This document shows, piece after piece, positions 41,356-55,464 of a DNA stretch of 64,000 bases. The stretch comes from Eledone cirrhosa (lineage: Eukaryota), in assembly GCA_964016885.1 (NCBI GenBank), contig OZ024754.1:11594001-11658000 (forward strand). Reading direction: 5' to 3'. Below the pieces are notes generated by a model. That model searched no databases, was not told where the DNA came from, and saw nothing but the letters and a program-made list of their open reading frames with translations. Position 1 is the first letter of the stretch. Every line of letters begins with the position of its first letter. Position numbers and translations under genes: made by a program.

Positions 41356-43093
41356 CTAAACAAAAGTCACCAGAAAAATACCATTATTATAAGCAATTAA
41401 TCAATTAGAACTGGAACACACAGAGAGAGTAGGAGAGACATAATGGTTTCTGATTTAGGCACAGGGCCAATAATTTTGAAGGGAAGGGAAAAGTCATTTG
41501 GGAGATGGATGGTCCCACTATGAGGAAGTTCTGACCAGTTAGCCGCACCATGCCTTGCTCATACATACATACATGATGGCTGCTCCTTGTTATCGAGTAT
41601 GACCATTGCACGATATACCATTATTAATAATTATTAATTAATTCTATAGTGCAATGCCTGCATGTGAAGATTTTTTAAAGTGAGGAAAGACTGTGCACTG
41701 AGCCAATCCCACTCTCTGAGCGACAGTAGCTATAACTCGGAAAAGAAGAACAGATCATCATCATCAGTAACTACTGAGCTGCAGGTTTTAATATCGGAGT
41801 TATCCCAGTTTCCTGAGTTGCCTTCTCCTCGAAGAATGCCATGACAAAGGCATATATACATACATACATGGTGGCTGCCAACTCGTTTTCGAGTACGGCC
41901 ACTACTTTATATCCATGTAGGAGAACCCCTACTGATGCGCTGAACGAGTGCGACTTTTTAGTCCAGCCAGCGACTTGAAAACTCTGGTACAAACACTACA
42001 CTTGTGACAATTATTGACACATAGTGCCAGGCCCATGGTACCATATGATGACAAGTGCAGAGAGATCTCCAGATATAAAGCAATGCCTGTGCCGTAAAGC
42101 TTTTATAGTGAGCAAAGGTACTGCACAAAGCCAGTCGCACTCTCTTAACTAAGATGATATTTACCAAAAAGAAGAACAAGTCAACATTATTGGATACCAT
42201 CAGGGTTGCAGGTGTTATATCAGAGTTTTCCTTCTCCTAGAATTCTGCCTTGACAAAGGCTAAGGGGTCATCTCTCCCGGTGATTTTGGATGGCCATTGA
42301 CTCTTAAGAGCTCCTTTGCCCTTTGACAGGTTTGTTTTTAGTCCTGCAGGATGTCCAAAGTCACCCTCCTCACCAAGAAACCTTGGTGGGATTGCCAGTT
42401 TAGTCGCCAATGACCCGACCATGAGACAGGTTGTACTGGGATACATGTTACCAGTAGCACCAACTGGTGACCTGACATACATACATACATACATATATAC
42501 ATACATACATAAATATATATTTATATATATATATATACACATTCAGAATAGGGAACACACAGGACACAGACAAAGGAAAAAAATCAATGGAAAGATGGAA
42601 AGTCCCATCTCCTCAGTCAACCTCTGGAAATCACTACAGTTTCAGTGCATTAAGGTTGATACCAATCATTGCAGTACACATTCCAACACAATAAAACTCG
42701 TACTATATAAACTCGAATATAAGCCGAGGTATATGTGGCCAAAAATTCGATGGTCGAAGGGAGGGGGTCGGTTTATATTCGGGGTTAATATTTTGACAAT
42801 TTTCACCAACTTCAAATTCTATGTAAATGAGATTTGGATTTTTGCCTATTTCTCAGAAATAAAATAGTGGGCTCGGCTTATATTCGAGTATATGTGGTAT
42901 ATATTTGGTAAATTTTTTATTATTACATCTGTCTTTCTTTAGATAAAGAGATAGGGAAAGAAAAAGTGGGAGAGAGAATATTGTTCATAGAGGACAATCA
43001 TTTCTGATATGAATGAAAAAATGTTTGTCTTCCATTTGTGTAACAGACAGAGAAAAATGTAGTAGAGTTATAATATAGATTCTATCCTCTTAC

Positions 43094-43187
43094 TGTGTTG
43101 AGATCCTCAATTCGTGTTATTACTCCCATGGCCATTTCTCGTCTTTCAGCTTGAGTCTCCGGACACGGGTATAGAGTGGCTCGGAAC
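43094..43187 (-). CDS. ATP6V0A1: V-ATPase subunit a exon ([31 protein letters not shown])
   Basis: Conserved peptide; CAG/GTAAG; 94 nt. Confidence 0.97.
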
Positions 43188-44584
43188 CTGTTATAACAAA
43201 ATATTACAGACATATTAAGTACTCAATAAAGTATGTAGCTCGGAGATCAATGAGTTGCTCCGCTTTGGTAGAGCCACTACTTTCCCAAATTGAGAGATCA
43301 CAGCTCTGATACTTCAGATGTGGTTAGAATGTCTCAGGAAAGAAGTGCTGGAGAGATTTTACAGGCAAAAGCAACCAGGAGACCCAGGGGCAAACATAAG
43401 CTTTTGGTATGATGATCGAACAAGGAAGTCACTTTTTCAACAGGCATTTAGTTCTATGCAAAGCCAGTGCGTGGTCAGACGGGAGTGAACCCCTAGTTTT
43501 GGCACAGACATATTAAATTACTCAATGGAGGCACATGGCTTAGTGGTTAGAGCATTGGCCTTGCAATCGAAAGGTTGTGAGTTCAATTCTCAGACCGGGT
43601 GATGTGTTGTTTCCTTGAGCAAGACACTTTATTTCACATTGCTCCAGTTTACTCAGCTGTAGAAATGAGATGATAGGGACTGGGGTCTCTATCATTCCAC
43701 TGCAAAGTGGTCGTGGAGGTGCCATGGCAAAAAAAGTACCCAGCACTCACTGTAAATGAGGTTGGTGTTAGGAAGGGCATCCAGCTGTAGAAATCAAGCC
43801 AGAATCAGTTCCCGTCCCACCCTTGCAAGCAGGGAAAAAGCGGACATAAAATGAAATGATGATGATGATGAATAAAGTACATAGCTCGGAGATCAATGAG
43901 TTGCTCTGCTATGGTAGAGCCACTACTTTTCCAAATTGAGAGATCACAGATGTAGTTAGAATGTCTCGGGAAAGAAGTGCTGGAGAGATTTTACAGGCAA
44001 AAGCAACCAGGAGACCGAGGGGTAAACATTAAGCAAGATGGTTGGATAACATCCATGAGCTTGACTGGTCTTACTTGGGGATCCTGCCGGATCAATTGGA
44101 GAAGGTTGCTTCTGACAGGACACGCTGGAAGGCATGTTTGAGGACTGTTCCAACAACCCCCTCAGCAATAAGTGGGCAAAGAAGAAGATATTATTTAATG
44201 TTGTAATGTTTCAGATGAGTTATTATTGATAGGATTATAATTTTTTTCATTATTAATCACATCTTAAGAGATGAAAAGATTTTTTAAATATTTACATCCA
44301 GTCATAGAAACTATGCCAGGCATAGATTTGCGAGAACTCTTCAGTTATTTCAAGGACTGTAGATCAAGTTAAGTACTGACGTGTTCTGTGATGACACAAT
44401 CAACCCTTGCCATTATGGAAAATTGAATAGATGATGATGATGATATTTGTAGAATATATGAAAGGGATTTTCATTTCTTGATAATGTTATTAATCTGTAA
44501 AACTATAATCTTCTCACTCTTTTATTTCACTTCACTGTGTTCTTTTTATCCTTCTACTTTCTTATTACCATGGCATTTTTACCA

Positions 44585-44700
44585 AACAGACCCATTGTTT
44601 CCAATGTTGAAGGACCCTCGTACAAAATCTCATGGCTTCTAGCCAAGATACTGGAACCCCTATTAACAACCTTCCCAGGCCACATCGGCAGCTTGGAGTC
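44585..44700 (+). mobile_element. Penelope-like RT fragment
   Basis: NRPIVSNVEGPSYKISWLLAKILEPLL matches the RPIVS...P.Y.....L..IL.PL motif of PLE RTs. Confidence 0.75.
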
Positions 44701-46120
44701 AACAACTCAACCTACTGAGGCTAGACACCCACAAAAATAACAGTCCAACACCCTAACCACTAGACCACACCACATACGCCTTCACTATTGTCAACAGTCC
44801 AACACCCTAATCACTAGACAACACAGCTTCTGAACCGCAACAGATAGAAAAGACTGGTACACAGCATGTCACAATTGCCCCACCCCCTATGTATCCCCCA
44901 GCAGTTGAAGGCCGAAGCAAGCATTAATGACATTAAAAATATTGACTACCACATGGATTATTTAAATTGAGTCAATACACATGATGGTAACAGATGTTAT
45001 TAAAACAGGTAAGCACCAGACCAGCAAAACTGGAGAGAAGGGCAAAACCAATCCCAGGTGCTTTATTTTATCAACCCCAATAGGATGAAAGGCAAAATAG
45101 ACCTCAAAAGGATTTGAACTTGTAAAGAGCCAGAATAAATACTGCAACAGTATTTTATATGGTGCTCTACCAATTCTACCAATCCACAAGTAATATTGAA
45201 AAGATTAATGGCAAAATGTGTGTTGAATGCTATATTTATAACACCTGTAATAATTAGTTAAATATAGATCTCTCAATGACAGTATTTATAACACCTGTAA
45301 TAATCAGTTAAATATAGATCTCTCAATGATTATTTATGAGTTTGCAACTTTTCTAGGTGTGTTTAATAATGCTGTGATCATAGTGATGATAAGATAAAAA
45401 ATATGTAGTGATCATAATCATATGAATTATATGACTCACCATAAGGCAAGCCATATGACAGGTATGACTCATCATAAGGTGGGTCACATGAGAGAAATGA
45501 CTCATCAGAAGGTGGGTCACATGAGAGAAATAATTCATCAGAAGGTGGGTCACATGAGAGAAATAATTCATCAGAAGGTGTGCTAAATGAGAGATATGAC
45601 TCATAAGGTGGGCTACATTTGCTAAACAGATGTTAAATGGCAATGATAATGATGTCCCGTAACTTGTCTAAGAAGAAAGTTATCAATGAAATAAGTAGCA
45701 GATTTGGAAAAAATATCTAATGGCATCGAAATAAGGAAAAAAGGATAAAGATCCCATAAATCATTGTGGAATCGTAGCGGCACCTTCGTACGGCATGTCT
45801 AGGGCACTTTTAACCCTGGCAGAGCCCAACCTGCTCCAGGTCTGAACACAGCTGATTTTTTCTATTGAGGAAGAATTGATTGGACTGGTACTTTTTTTTT
45901 TTTTAACAACCTCAAAAGGATGAAAGGCAAAGTTGACCACAGTGGGATTTGAACTCAGAGCGTGCAATGAGGTGGGATAAATACCGTAAAGCATTCTATC
46001 CAATGTCTTAACGAATTTGCCAATTCATTGCCTGATGAACATCAACTCAAACCCCTTCTGACGGTATCTCATGTATGGTCATAAGTTAATGACAAAAAGC
46101 AGTAAAAGAATATGTATATA

Positions 46121-46480
46121 CAGTGTACCCCTGGCATTTGCAGACCCGGTTATTTCTAGAATTTTCCTTAGAACCTAATAAATAATTGTTCGTGGAAGCC
46201 AACATATATTAGCGGAATTGTAAATATCTTCCATGATTTTTTAATGGCTTTTTTCCTGGAAATATATATTTTTAATGGCTTTTTTCCTGGAAATATATAT
46301 ATTTTTAATGCTTTTTAACGCTAAATTATTAATAACAATAAACCGTATTTGCCAGCCTATATTTTACGTTATGTTTTGACATTTAGAGGCATTTTTATGG
46401 ACCACGTCCAATATTTGTGGTTTTTCACTGTTCGCGGGTTCTCTATGAACATAACCCCCACAAATACTGGGGGACAACTG
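46121..46480. mobile_element. Tc1/mariner-type MITE
   Basis: TA-CAGTGTACCCC...GGGGACAACTG-TA imperfect TIRs. Confidence 0.6.
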
Positions 46481-46907
46481 TATGTCAGTGTGTGTTTATA
46501 TGACAACTGTATGTCAGTGTGTGTTTATATGACAACTGTATGTGAGTGTGTGTTTATATGACAACTGTATGTGAGTGTGTGTTTATATGACAACTGTATG
46601 TGAGTGTGTGTTTATATGACAACTGTATGTGAGTGTGTGTTTATATGACAACTGTATGTGAGTGTGTGTTTATATGACAACTGTATGTGAGTGTGTGTTT
46701 ATATGACAACTGTATGTGAGTGTGTGTTTATATGACAACTGTATGTCAGTGTGTGTTTATATGACAACTGTATGTCAGTGTGTGTTTATATGACAACTGT
46801 ATGTGAGTGTGTGTTTATATGACAACTGTATGTCAGTGTGTGTTTATATGACAACTGTATGTCAGTGTGTGTTTATATGACAACTGTATGTCAGTGTGTG
46901 TTTATAT
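46473..46907. repeat. 29-bp minisatellite, about 15 copies (GACAACTGTATGTSAGTGTGTGTTTATAT)
   Basis: Directly visible. Confidence 0.97.
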
Positions 46908-47064
46908 GCCATAACTGAGATTTATAAGTTAAATATGAGACTTTAAAAAATAAGTCCTGAAGTTGTTGGGTGAGGGGCATCGGTATACAACAACAACAAA
47001 AAGTGTTTAAAAGCCATCTATCTGGGAAAACTAAGGAAGATTTACAAAGCAGTTTAAAACTTAC

Positions 47065-47147
47065 CCTTCACAGATTTTTCGCACTCTTGACTTAAGTTGA
47101 TCTCCTTGGAAAAATACAATAAACACAGACTTGTACACATGATCTCC
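47065..47147 (-). CDS. ATP6V0A1: V-ATPase subunit a exon (GDHVYKSVFIVFFQGDQLKSRVRKICEG)
   Basis: Conserved peptide; CAG/GTAAG; 83 nt; phases match neighbours. Confidence 0.97.
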
Positions 47148-47309
47148 CTGCAAGAAAAATAAAATAACCAAGATTAAAGTACTTTAAAAGTTTATTGTAT
47201 AAAGTAGTATGTTATTTGGAGGTTATGACAATGCAAAATTGATGGTAGATTTTGGAATAAACTGAAGGAAACCAAGATGTCAGTGTGTCACCTGTTATTT
47301 TATTTACCT

Positions 47310-47349
47310 GTCCTAATATTTTGGGTCTAGAACCCCTTCATCAGAAAAC
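47310..47349 (-). ncRNA. Decayed Penelope-type minimal hammerhead
   Basis: GTTTT-CTGATGA-AGGGGTTCTAGACCC-AAAA-TA-TT-AGGAC on the minus strand. Confidence 0.5.
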
Positions 47350-48891
47350 TATAATAAGAAACTGGCTTGGAGTTTATTGTAATCAACTAATTTTCTCTTT
47401 ATTTAGCTGGTCTTTGGAGGGTAACTCAACAAAGGTTCTTACATAAAATTATAGGAATTGATTGACAAGATCCCAGACCTTATTTGCTTACCGAATGGGA
47501 TGGAACTCATCAAATTGGACCAAAGAAATAATGTTTCCATTGGTCTTTCCTGACAGAAAGAGCAACATGAAATAAAGTGCCTTGCTCAGTGACACAACAC
47601 ATCACCCGGTTCAGGAATTGAACTTGCAACCTCATGATTGTGAATCCAATTCTCTAACCACTAAGCCACTTGTCTTCACATAAAATTACAATGGGAGATT
47701 TTTAGATAAATATAAACGTTTAAAGTAAACAGCTTTGTTGGACACTTCTCTCTTTGAACAAAGCTATTGTTCACAAATACAGGTAATAGCATATTGAATT
47801 AAGATTATATACAAGTTGCTAATTACATAACTTGAGCTACTGTGACACTATAATTATTTTAAGATGCCAAGAATGCACACTAGTCATTAAGGAGAGGTTT
47901 GATAAATAACTCGCTTGCAACAAGCATACCAAGTTACATGTTTACATGACTCAAACAACAATTATATTAATAACAGGTTATAGTCAGGCTTTATCTATGG
48001 AAAATTTCTACGGCTGGATGCTCTTCCTGATACCAATACATACTATGGTAGAGGTTCATAGACATAACAGTGTTTTGGCGGTAAAAACACACAAATACTC
48101 ACATACATATGGCAGGGCTTTCAGAAGTTCACTTACAAGGCATTGATTGAGCATAAGACACTTACCCAAGGTTACACACAGTGGGGCCAAATCCAAATAT
48201 GCTTTAGAAGCAAACTTCTAAACCACACAACCAGTTTAATATAAAAAATAAAAGTGATAACAACAGGGGCTTTTATAGCCATTTTCCCTGCTAAAGCAGG
48301 GGTCAACTATGCAAGGCCCCATGACAAAATTTCCCATTTTCTCCTAAACTCTGCAAACCTCCCCACTTCACCTCACCCAAATCTTGGCTTTTATATCATC
48401 TTCCACTGGGATAATAGCTGGCCTTGTACCAAAAGTAGAAACAATTATTATTATGCCTGTCTTTCTTCCTCTTCTTTCCACATTCATTTCCATCATTCCT
48501 CTCACCCAGTTATTGTCATCCTTCATCAACAGATTTTATTCCATTTCTCTTCACAACATTCATCATTTGGCACTATTCTCATCTCAGTCACTTTCATCCT
48601 TCTTCAACACATGACTTAACCAGCCCAATTCATTTCTCTTCACAACATTCATTACTGGCTTTATTCTCATCATCTTCTGTAATTCATTAATTACTAAAAG
48701 GATTAGCACCAGTAAGAGTATACAAGAAAAGGCAAAGTTGACTTTGGCATAATTTGAATTCTAAGTGCAGGAAGCTGGAACAAATACCAAGGCATTTAAA
48801 CTGATGTTCTAACAACTCTACCAATTAACCAATTTACCAGAAATTGAAAATAAAAAATTGAAAATTCTCTAAGATAAAGTGAAAAACTTAC

Positions 48892-49018
48892 AGTGACAGG
48901 ATCTTCCAAAGGTGGCTCTATTTCTGCTTGTTTCAAAAAAACATTACCTCGGCAAACTCGCCACAACATTCGTTCAAATGCAGGAATGCGTTCACGATGA
49001 ATAACTCCAGCCAAGAAC
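48892..49018 (-). CDS. ATP6V0A1: V-ATPase subunit a exon ([42 protein letters not shown])
   Basis: Highly conserved subunit a peptide; ttcttcAG acceptor, GTAAG donor; 127 nt. Confidence 0.97.
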
Positions 49019-50077
49019 CTGAAGAAATTCAAATACAATTTTAAAAGAATCAAATATCATTATACATTTTAAATGATAATTTTGTAAAATCTACATTATT
49101 TATTTATTATTTATTATTTATTTATTTATTTTTGATTACTAATTGAGGCACAAGGCCAGTACATTTTGGGGAAGGGCAAAGTTGATGAAATTAATCCCAG
49201 TACTTGATCGGTACTTTATTTTATCGATCCTAGAAGGATGAAAGGCAAAATTGACCTCAGAATATACAGAGCCAAAAGAAATACTGCAATGGCATTTTAG
49301 CCAACGCTCTACCAATTCTGCCAATACATTATTTATTTATATGATAACCAACATTCATTTTCTTTATGAAATAAAGATTATGGATAAAAAATTTGTTTAT
49401 TCATTAACTTGTAGCTTAGTGGTTAGGGTGTCAGACTTATGCCTCAGAGAAGAACTTTCCAGGTGGAAACCCATAGTCAGTCATGACAGAAAAGGAAGAT
49501 GGAGGGAGGTAATATGAATGGAAGTAATTGAAAATGAAAAATGAAATTTACAGATCACATCTATGTAATTTTCGCTGGCCTCATACAAGGCTGTATTGGC
49601 AGTATCTAATAAAGATTTTCAGATGTTTTAATGACAGAGGGCCCAATGCTATCATTAAAAGCAACATGAGATGAAGCGTCTTACACAAAACTACAATGTC
49701 CTATCTGGTTCAGGAATGAAACCCACGGCCTTATGATCTTGGGGTCAACACATTCAACACTGCTTAATCCTTTGTTTCTATGTAGATTTACAGATAACTG
49801 GTAACATATTTTGTAACTGAGACAGAGTAAGTTATGAGAAGCAGTTGAAAGTATCTGTGTCTGGCTTAGAATAGCTACACTGTATCTCAACATGTCATAA
49901 GAGACAATTAAAAGGGCTGGCAACAGATAAGGCATCTGCCCGTAAAAAATTGCCTCAAAAAGGACCCCATGATGTGTGTGAAGCCTGTGATGGGGCCTGC
50001 AAAGCTAAAAGGAAGATGACCTTAAAATACATAATGTAAGAGGAAACTAAAAGGATTGGCACCAAGAAGGACCTCCG

Positions 50078-50397
50078 ACCACTAGATCAGGAGTTCAACA
50101 CTGTAACCACTAGATCAGGAGTTCAACACTGTAACAAATTGATCAGGAGTTGAACACTGTAACCACTAGATCAGGAGTTCAACACTGTAACCACTAGATC
50201 AGGAGTTCAACACTGTAACAAATTGATCAGGAGTTCAACACTGTAACCACTAGATCAGGAGTTCAACACTGTAACAAATTGATCAGGAGTTCAACACTGT
50301 AACCACTAGATCAGGAGTTCAACACTGTAACCACTAGATCAGGAGTTCAACACTGTAACCACTAGATCAGGAGTTCAACACTGTAACAAATTGATCA
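50078..50397. repeat. 28-bp minisatellite, about 11 copies (ACCACTAGATCAGGAGTTCAACACTGTA, variant ACAAATTGATC)
   Basis: Directly visible. Confidence 0.97.
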
Positions 50398-50810
50398 CAT
50401 GACTTTACCAAACTTTGTGCTTGAACAGATCATAGGACCTTCCAATAATCTTCCACTCTGTACTGTTACCTAGTTACCTACATTTAAAACATGTTGATCA
50501 TCTAAGTTAGGATCAAAATTTGCCACTGGAGCAATCCCTTCACAAAATAGGGCCATCTCATATAGTCCACAGGTAAGTAGAGTTTAACACCACCACATTG
50601 CCATTGGGTACCTTAAGCAGAAGATCATTCTGTTGCAAGGTCCCTCCTCTCTCTTTCCCAACAGTCTTAGAGACCCTGAAAAGGATCCTGGGCATTGCCC
50701 TTCCCTCACTGACTAAACAATAACATCCTCTAAAAACCACAAATCATCCCTGGTATACATCCACAGTATGGGAGTGAGTAAATAGGAACCACGAGGTGAA
50801 AAGGGTACCC

Positions 50811-51289
50811 AGAGTACAGCAAGTGGTATAAAGTAATTTGTACATAGAAATAGTGGCTCTCTCAGTAAAATATTCCCATAGAGTACAAGTGGTATAAAGT
50901 AATTTGTACATAGAAATAGTGGCTCTCACAGTAGAATATTCCCATAGAGTACAACAAGTGGTATAAAGTAATTTGTACATAGAAATAGTGGCTCTCTCAG
51001 TAGAATATTCCCATAGAGTACAACAAGTGGTATAAAGTAATTTGTACATAGAAATAGTGGCTCTCTCAGTAGAATATTCCCATAGAGTACAGCAAGTGGT
51101 ATAAAGTAATTTGTACATAGAAATAGTGGCTCTCTCAGTAAAATATTCCCATAGAGTACAAGTGGTATAAAGTAATTTGTACATAGAAATAGTGGCTCTC
51201 ACAGTAGAATATTCCCATAGAGTACAACAAGTGGTATAAAGTAATTTGTACATAGAAATAGTGGCTCTCTCAGTAGAATATTCCCATAG
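50811..51289. repeat. 69/66-bp minisatellite, 7 copies
   Basis: Directly visible; units 1-3 recur as units 5-7. Confidence 0.96.
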
Positions 51290-51469
51290 AAGCTAGTGAG
51301 TTAATTTTTCTTTTTGTCTAAATTCTAATATTAAAATAGTAATTTTACATTCTGACTTATTGGAAGAACCATACCCTAAAGGTAGAGAGGATGTAAAACA
51401 AAAATTAGAACAAGGCTAAGAATAGTGATTAAGTTTGATATTCTTTTCATTTAAAACAAACAGGATTTT

Positions 51470-52000
51470 GTGGTGACAATGGTGATGATGATGGTGATGG
51501 TGTTGATGAGGGTGGTGGTGTTGATGGTGGTGGTGTTGATGGTAGTGGTGTTGATGAGGGTGGTGTTGATGGTAGTGGTGTTGATGAGGGTGGTGGTGTT
51601 GGTGGTGTTGATGGTGGTGGTGCTGATGATGGTGGTGGTGTTGATGATGGTGGTGGTGTTGGTGGTGTTGATGGTGGTGGTGATGGTGATGGTGTTGATG
51701 ATGGTGGTGGTGTTGATGATGGTGTTGATGATGGTGGTGGTGTTGATGATGGTGGTGGTGTTGATGGTGGTGGTGTTGATGGTGGTGGTGTTGATGGTGG
51801 TGGTGATGGTGATGATGGTGTTGATGATGGTGGTGGTGTTGATGGTGGTGGTGGTGATAATGGTGGTGGTGGTGATAATGGTGTTGATGGTGGTGGTGTT
51901 GATGATGGTGGTGGTGATGTTGATGGTGGTGGTGTTGATGATGGTGGTGGTGTTGATGATGGTGTTGATGATGGTGGTGGTGGTGTTAGTGGTGGTAGTG
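51470..52000. repeat. Compound (GGT/GAT/GTT)n trinucleotide repeat
   Basis: Directly visible; source of the M/V/L ORF. Confidence 0.97.
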
Positions 52001-52948
52001 AAAATAAAATTGGAAATGGTGATGATAAAAACGATAATGATGACTGCCTTTCACCTTTGTGATGTTGAAAACAGAAATACCCCCCCTCCCCACACTCACC
52101 CTCCTTTATTAGCCATTAGGTTAATCTAAAAGATAACAAAATGTTTCCTACATCCCAAGAAAAGCATTGATCAAAGGAAGATTATAATTCAGGCATATAG
52201 AGTATTATCATTTAACCCTTTACCCTTTACATTACTCTATATATACTATTGTATTTTCATGGTAAAGGCTTTACCTTACATAATTATCTCACATAATATC
52301 AAATCTACGAGATTTTGATATTATTTATTTTGAGAACAATAACTTAAAGTTGGTATGAGGGGCCGGTTGGGGCCAGTTTCAACATAAAGAGGTGAGAGAA
52401 TTCTGGCCAGATATGGCTGGCTTATATGCTAAAGGGTTAACTCTTTTGATAGTAAACCACCTGAAACCAACCCCTGGTTCTACAGTACAAAGTTGTATAC
52501 TTTAAATTGATTATATTTATCTAAAAGCGGTAGATTGACCCAGTCATGGGAACATCTGATAGAATGCTTTGTGATATTTGTTGTAGCTCTCTGCTAAGCC
52601 CCAACTTTGCCTTTCATCTTCTCAACACTAATTCTGAAATAAAAAAACTATACCCTAAATGACACTTAAAACATTTTAAATATCAAAATATTACATTTTC
52701 CTAAACATATTCTGCACTCATGAGAATTTCAAAACCCCACCATATAAACAGAATGTGTTGATTATATGCTTCCGCTTATATACAGGGTTTGGATTTTTGC
52801 CTATTTCTCATAAAATAGGGGTCAGCTTATATTCAGATTAGTTTATAATCAAGTAGATACAGTAATTGTTTTGTATCCTTCACGTATTTGAAATTGTGGG
52901 GTGATTTTTCGGAGATATGATTTTGAAATGAACTTTCATAAAAAAAAC

Positions 52949-53060
<112 letters not shown>

Positions 53061-55464
53061 TGTGTGTGTGTGTGGTGTGGTGTGGTGTGGTGGTGTGAGA
53101 GAGAGAGAGAGATGCATCAATAAGTAAGCAAAGTTTTGTCATTTAATTGAAGTAGAAGGGATTGTCAAGTGTGTCTAATAAAGACCTACACTTCATTTGG
53201 TCTCTAGTTATATTTATATATAAGTTTGGTTTCAAAAGTGAGAGAAATATTACTACAAAGAAAAACATAACACACTGTCTTTAAGCACATCATCATTTTA
53301 TGTCTGCTTTCCATGCTGACATGGGTTGGATGAGCCAGCACAGTTTAAGACTAGATGGGTCAGGGAACCACATCATGCTCATATGTTCCATATTCGGGCG
53401 GGGTTTCTACAATTGTATGCCTTTCCTAACACCAACAACTTTACAGAGAGCATTGTGTGTGTTTTATCATGGTACCAACACAACCACATTACAGATTGTA
53501 CTGGGTGCAATTTATTGTGGCATCATTTCAGAAATTTTGTCAATTCAAAAACACTAGATATATTTATATATTTACTTTAAAATCTCTAAATATATGTTGT
53601 CCTAGCATAATTATCATTTAATTATGTCACCAGACATAAGCACATCATTAGACTGACCATTTCAGCTATTTTTTATATATATATAGCCTGACTGAGTGGT
53701 TGTAATCACTAAAGAAAGAACCCTCAATATGTAAACATAGAGGTAAATATACTATACATATATATATATGAAACATAATGAATATATCTAAGGATGTAAT
53801 GGTAACACACTTGGCCAGAATCCAAGAGATACAGAATATGATTCTGTGTAGTGGCTCTGCTGGCCACTTGTTCTATCCATAAGTTGTATTTTACCCAGTT
53901 TTCTAATACCATTATCATTCATAGGAATGGGCGATGGATTGGCAGTATCGGTAGAGGGTCAGACGCCATGCTTTGCAGCAAAGAGTTACGGCCCTTTATG
54001 ATCTGAGTTCAAATCCCGCCAAGGTTAACTTTGCCTTTCATCCTTACGGGGTCGATAAAATAAAGTACCAGTAATACACTGGGATAATTGCTGGCCTTGT
54101 GCCAAAAGTAGAAACAATTATCATTCATAGCAATTCGGTGTTTGGATTCCAACATTTCAATTTTCAGATCCTTCAAACACTTTAATAAATTGTAAGGTAA
54201 ATATATATGTTTATTGTTGGCTTTGTTTTCCAAGTGGATTATTTATGTATAGGGCATTCTATATATATGTACATATGAGTAGTGTATGTGTATGTCTATC
54301 TAGGGTAGTTACCAATGGTGAATAAACTGGTTGAATCAATTATGGTCTTGTGCGTATATATATATATATATATATTGAGAATACTTCAATGGATGTACAA
54401 TGTTAACATGCATGCTAAGCCGTCATCTGGTACTTATTTTATAGGTATCTTTTTTTTTTGTCAAACAGTTGTTTAACAAAAAAAAAAAAGAGACTTATAA
54501 AATAAGTACCAGGCTTGAAAGAAATTAACTACTGGAGTTGATATGATTGACTAAATTCCTTTCAGATGACTGCTTAGCACGGCTGCAATGAGTGAAACCA
54601 GTAAAAGTGTAACAAAGACAACATAGATTAATAACTAGGTTTACTAATTATGGAATCCAACCATCTATGCCAGAGGTTCTTCAACATTTTTGGCCACCGC
54701 CCCACCTCACGGCCACATAATACCCTCAGCCCCCACCCCCCACCTTCTAGAGAAACTTGCCTACACGCAAATTGTAAATAATATAATATATACTATATAT
54801 AAATAAATATTATATATTTTTCATTTTACTATAGTTGTATATAACATACTATTATATCATCTCTACCACCCTCTGGCAGTAGCACCTACTTCAAGAACCT
54901 CTGATCTATGCCATTGACCTATAACTTTTTATAGAGTTGTAGAGGCATCTTGTTGGGCATTTAAAACTTAGTAGAGCCATTCTCTTTCCTGGTCAGTACA
55001 CAGCCAAATTTGTAGAGAGAGAGAGAGAGAGCGAGAGGGAGGGAGAGAGAGGGTGTGTGTGTGTGTTTGAAAGCTTTACATCATGCTTGTGCATATATTT
55101 ACAATATTTTCTTAATTAGGCAAAAAGAAACTACATACTAAAGAGGAAAAACAACTTGATTTAAAGAAGGAGCAGGTGAAAATGGAAAAGTATGCATGAA
55201 ACTATATATAAGTGAATTGTATTTTAATTCTATGACTTAAAAGATAAAAAGCAAGGAGCCGATCATCAGATAAGACCAAGGTAACTATGTTTACATTGGT
55301 CTTTCCATTACTGATAATATCTGTTGATTGCATCTGCTGGCAGGAGGAGGCGGGGGGATTTGAACTCAGAATGTAAAGAACTAGATACTGCAAAGCATCC
55401 TGTCTGACTCTTTAACAATTCTGCCAATCCACCACCCCAACAATGGCAACTTTATTGACTCTGA

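Noticed and set aside
50744-51253. 169-aa repeat ORF on the gene strand
   Set aside because: Product of the 69/66-bp minisatellite; no V-ATPase similarity and no good splice sites identified.
51470-52129. 219-aa hydrophobic M/V/L ORF
   Set aside because: Trinucleotide repeat on the antisense strand of an intron.
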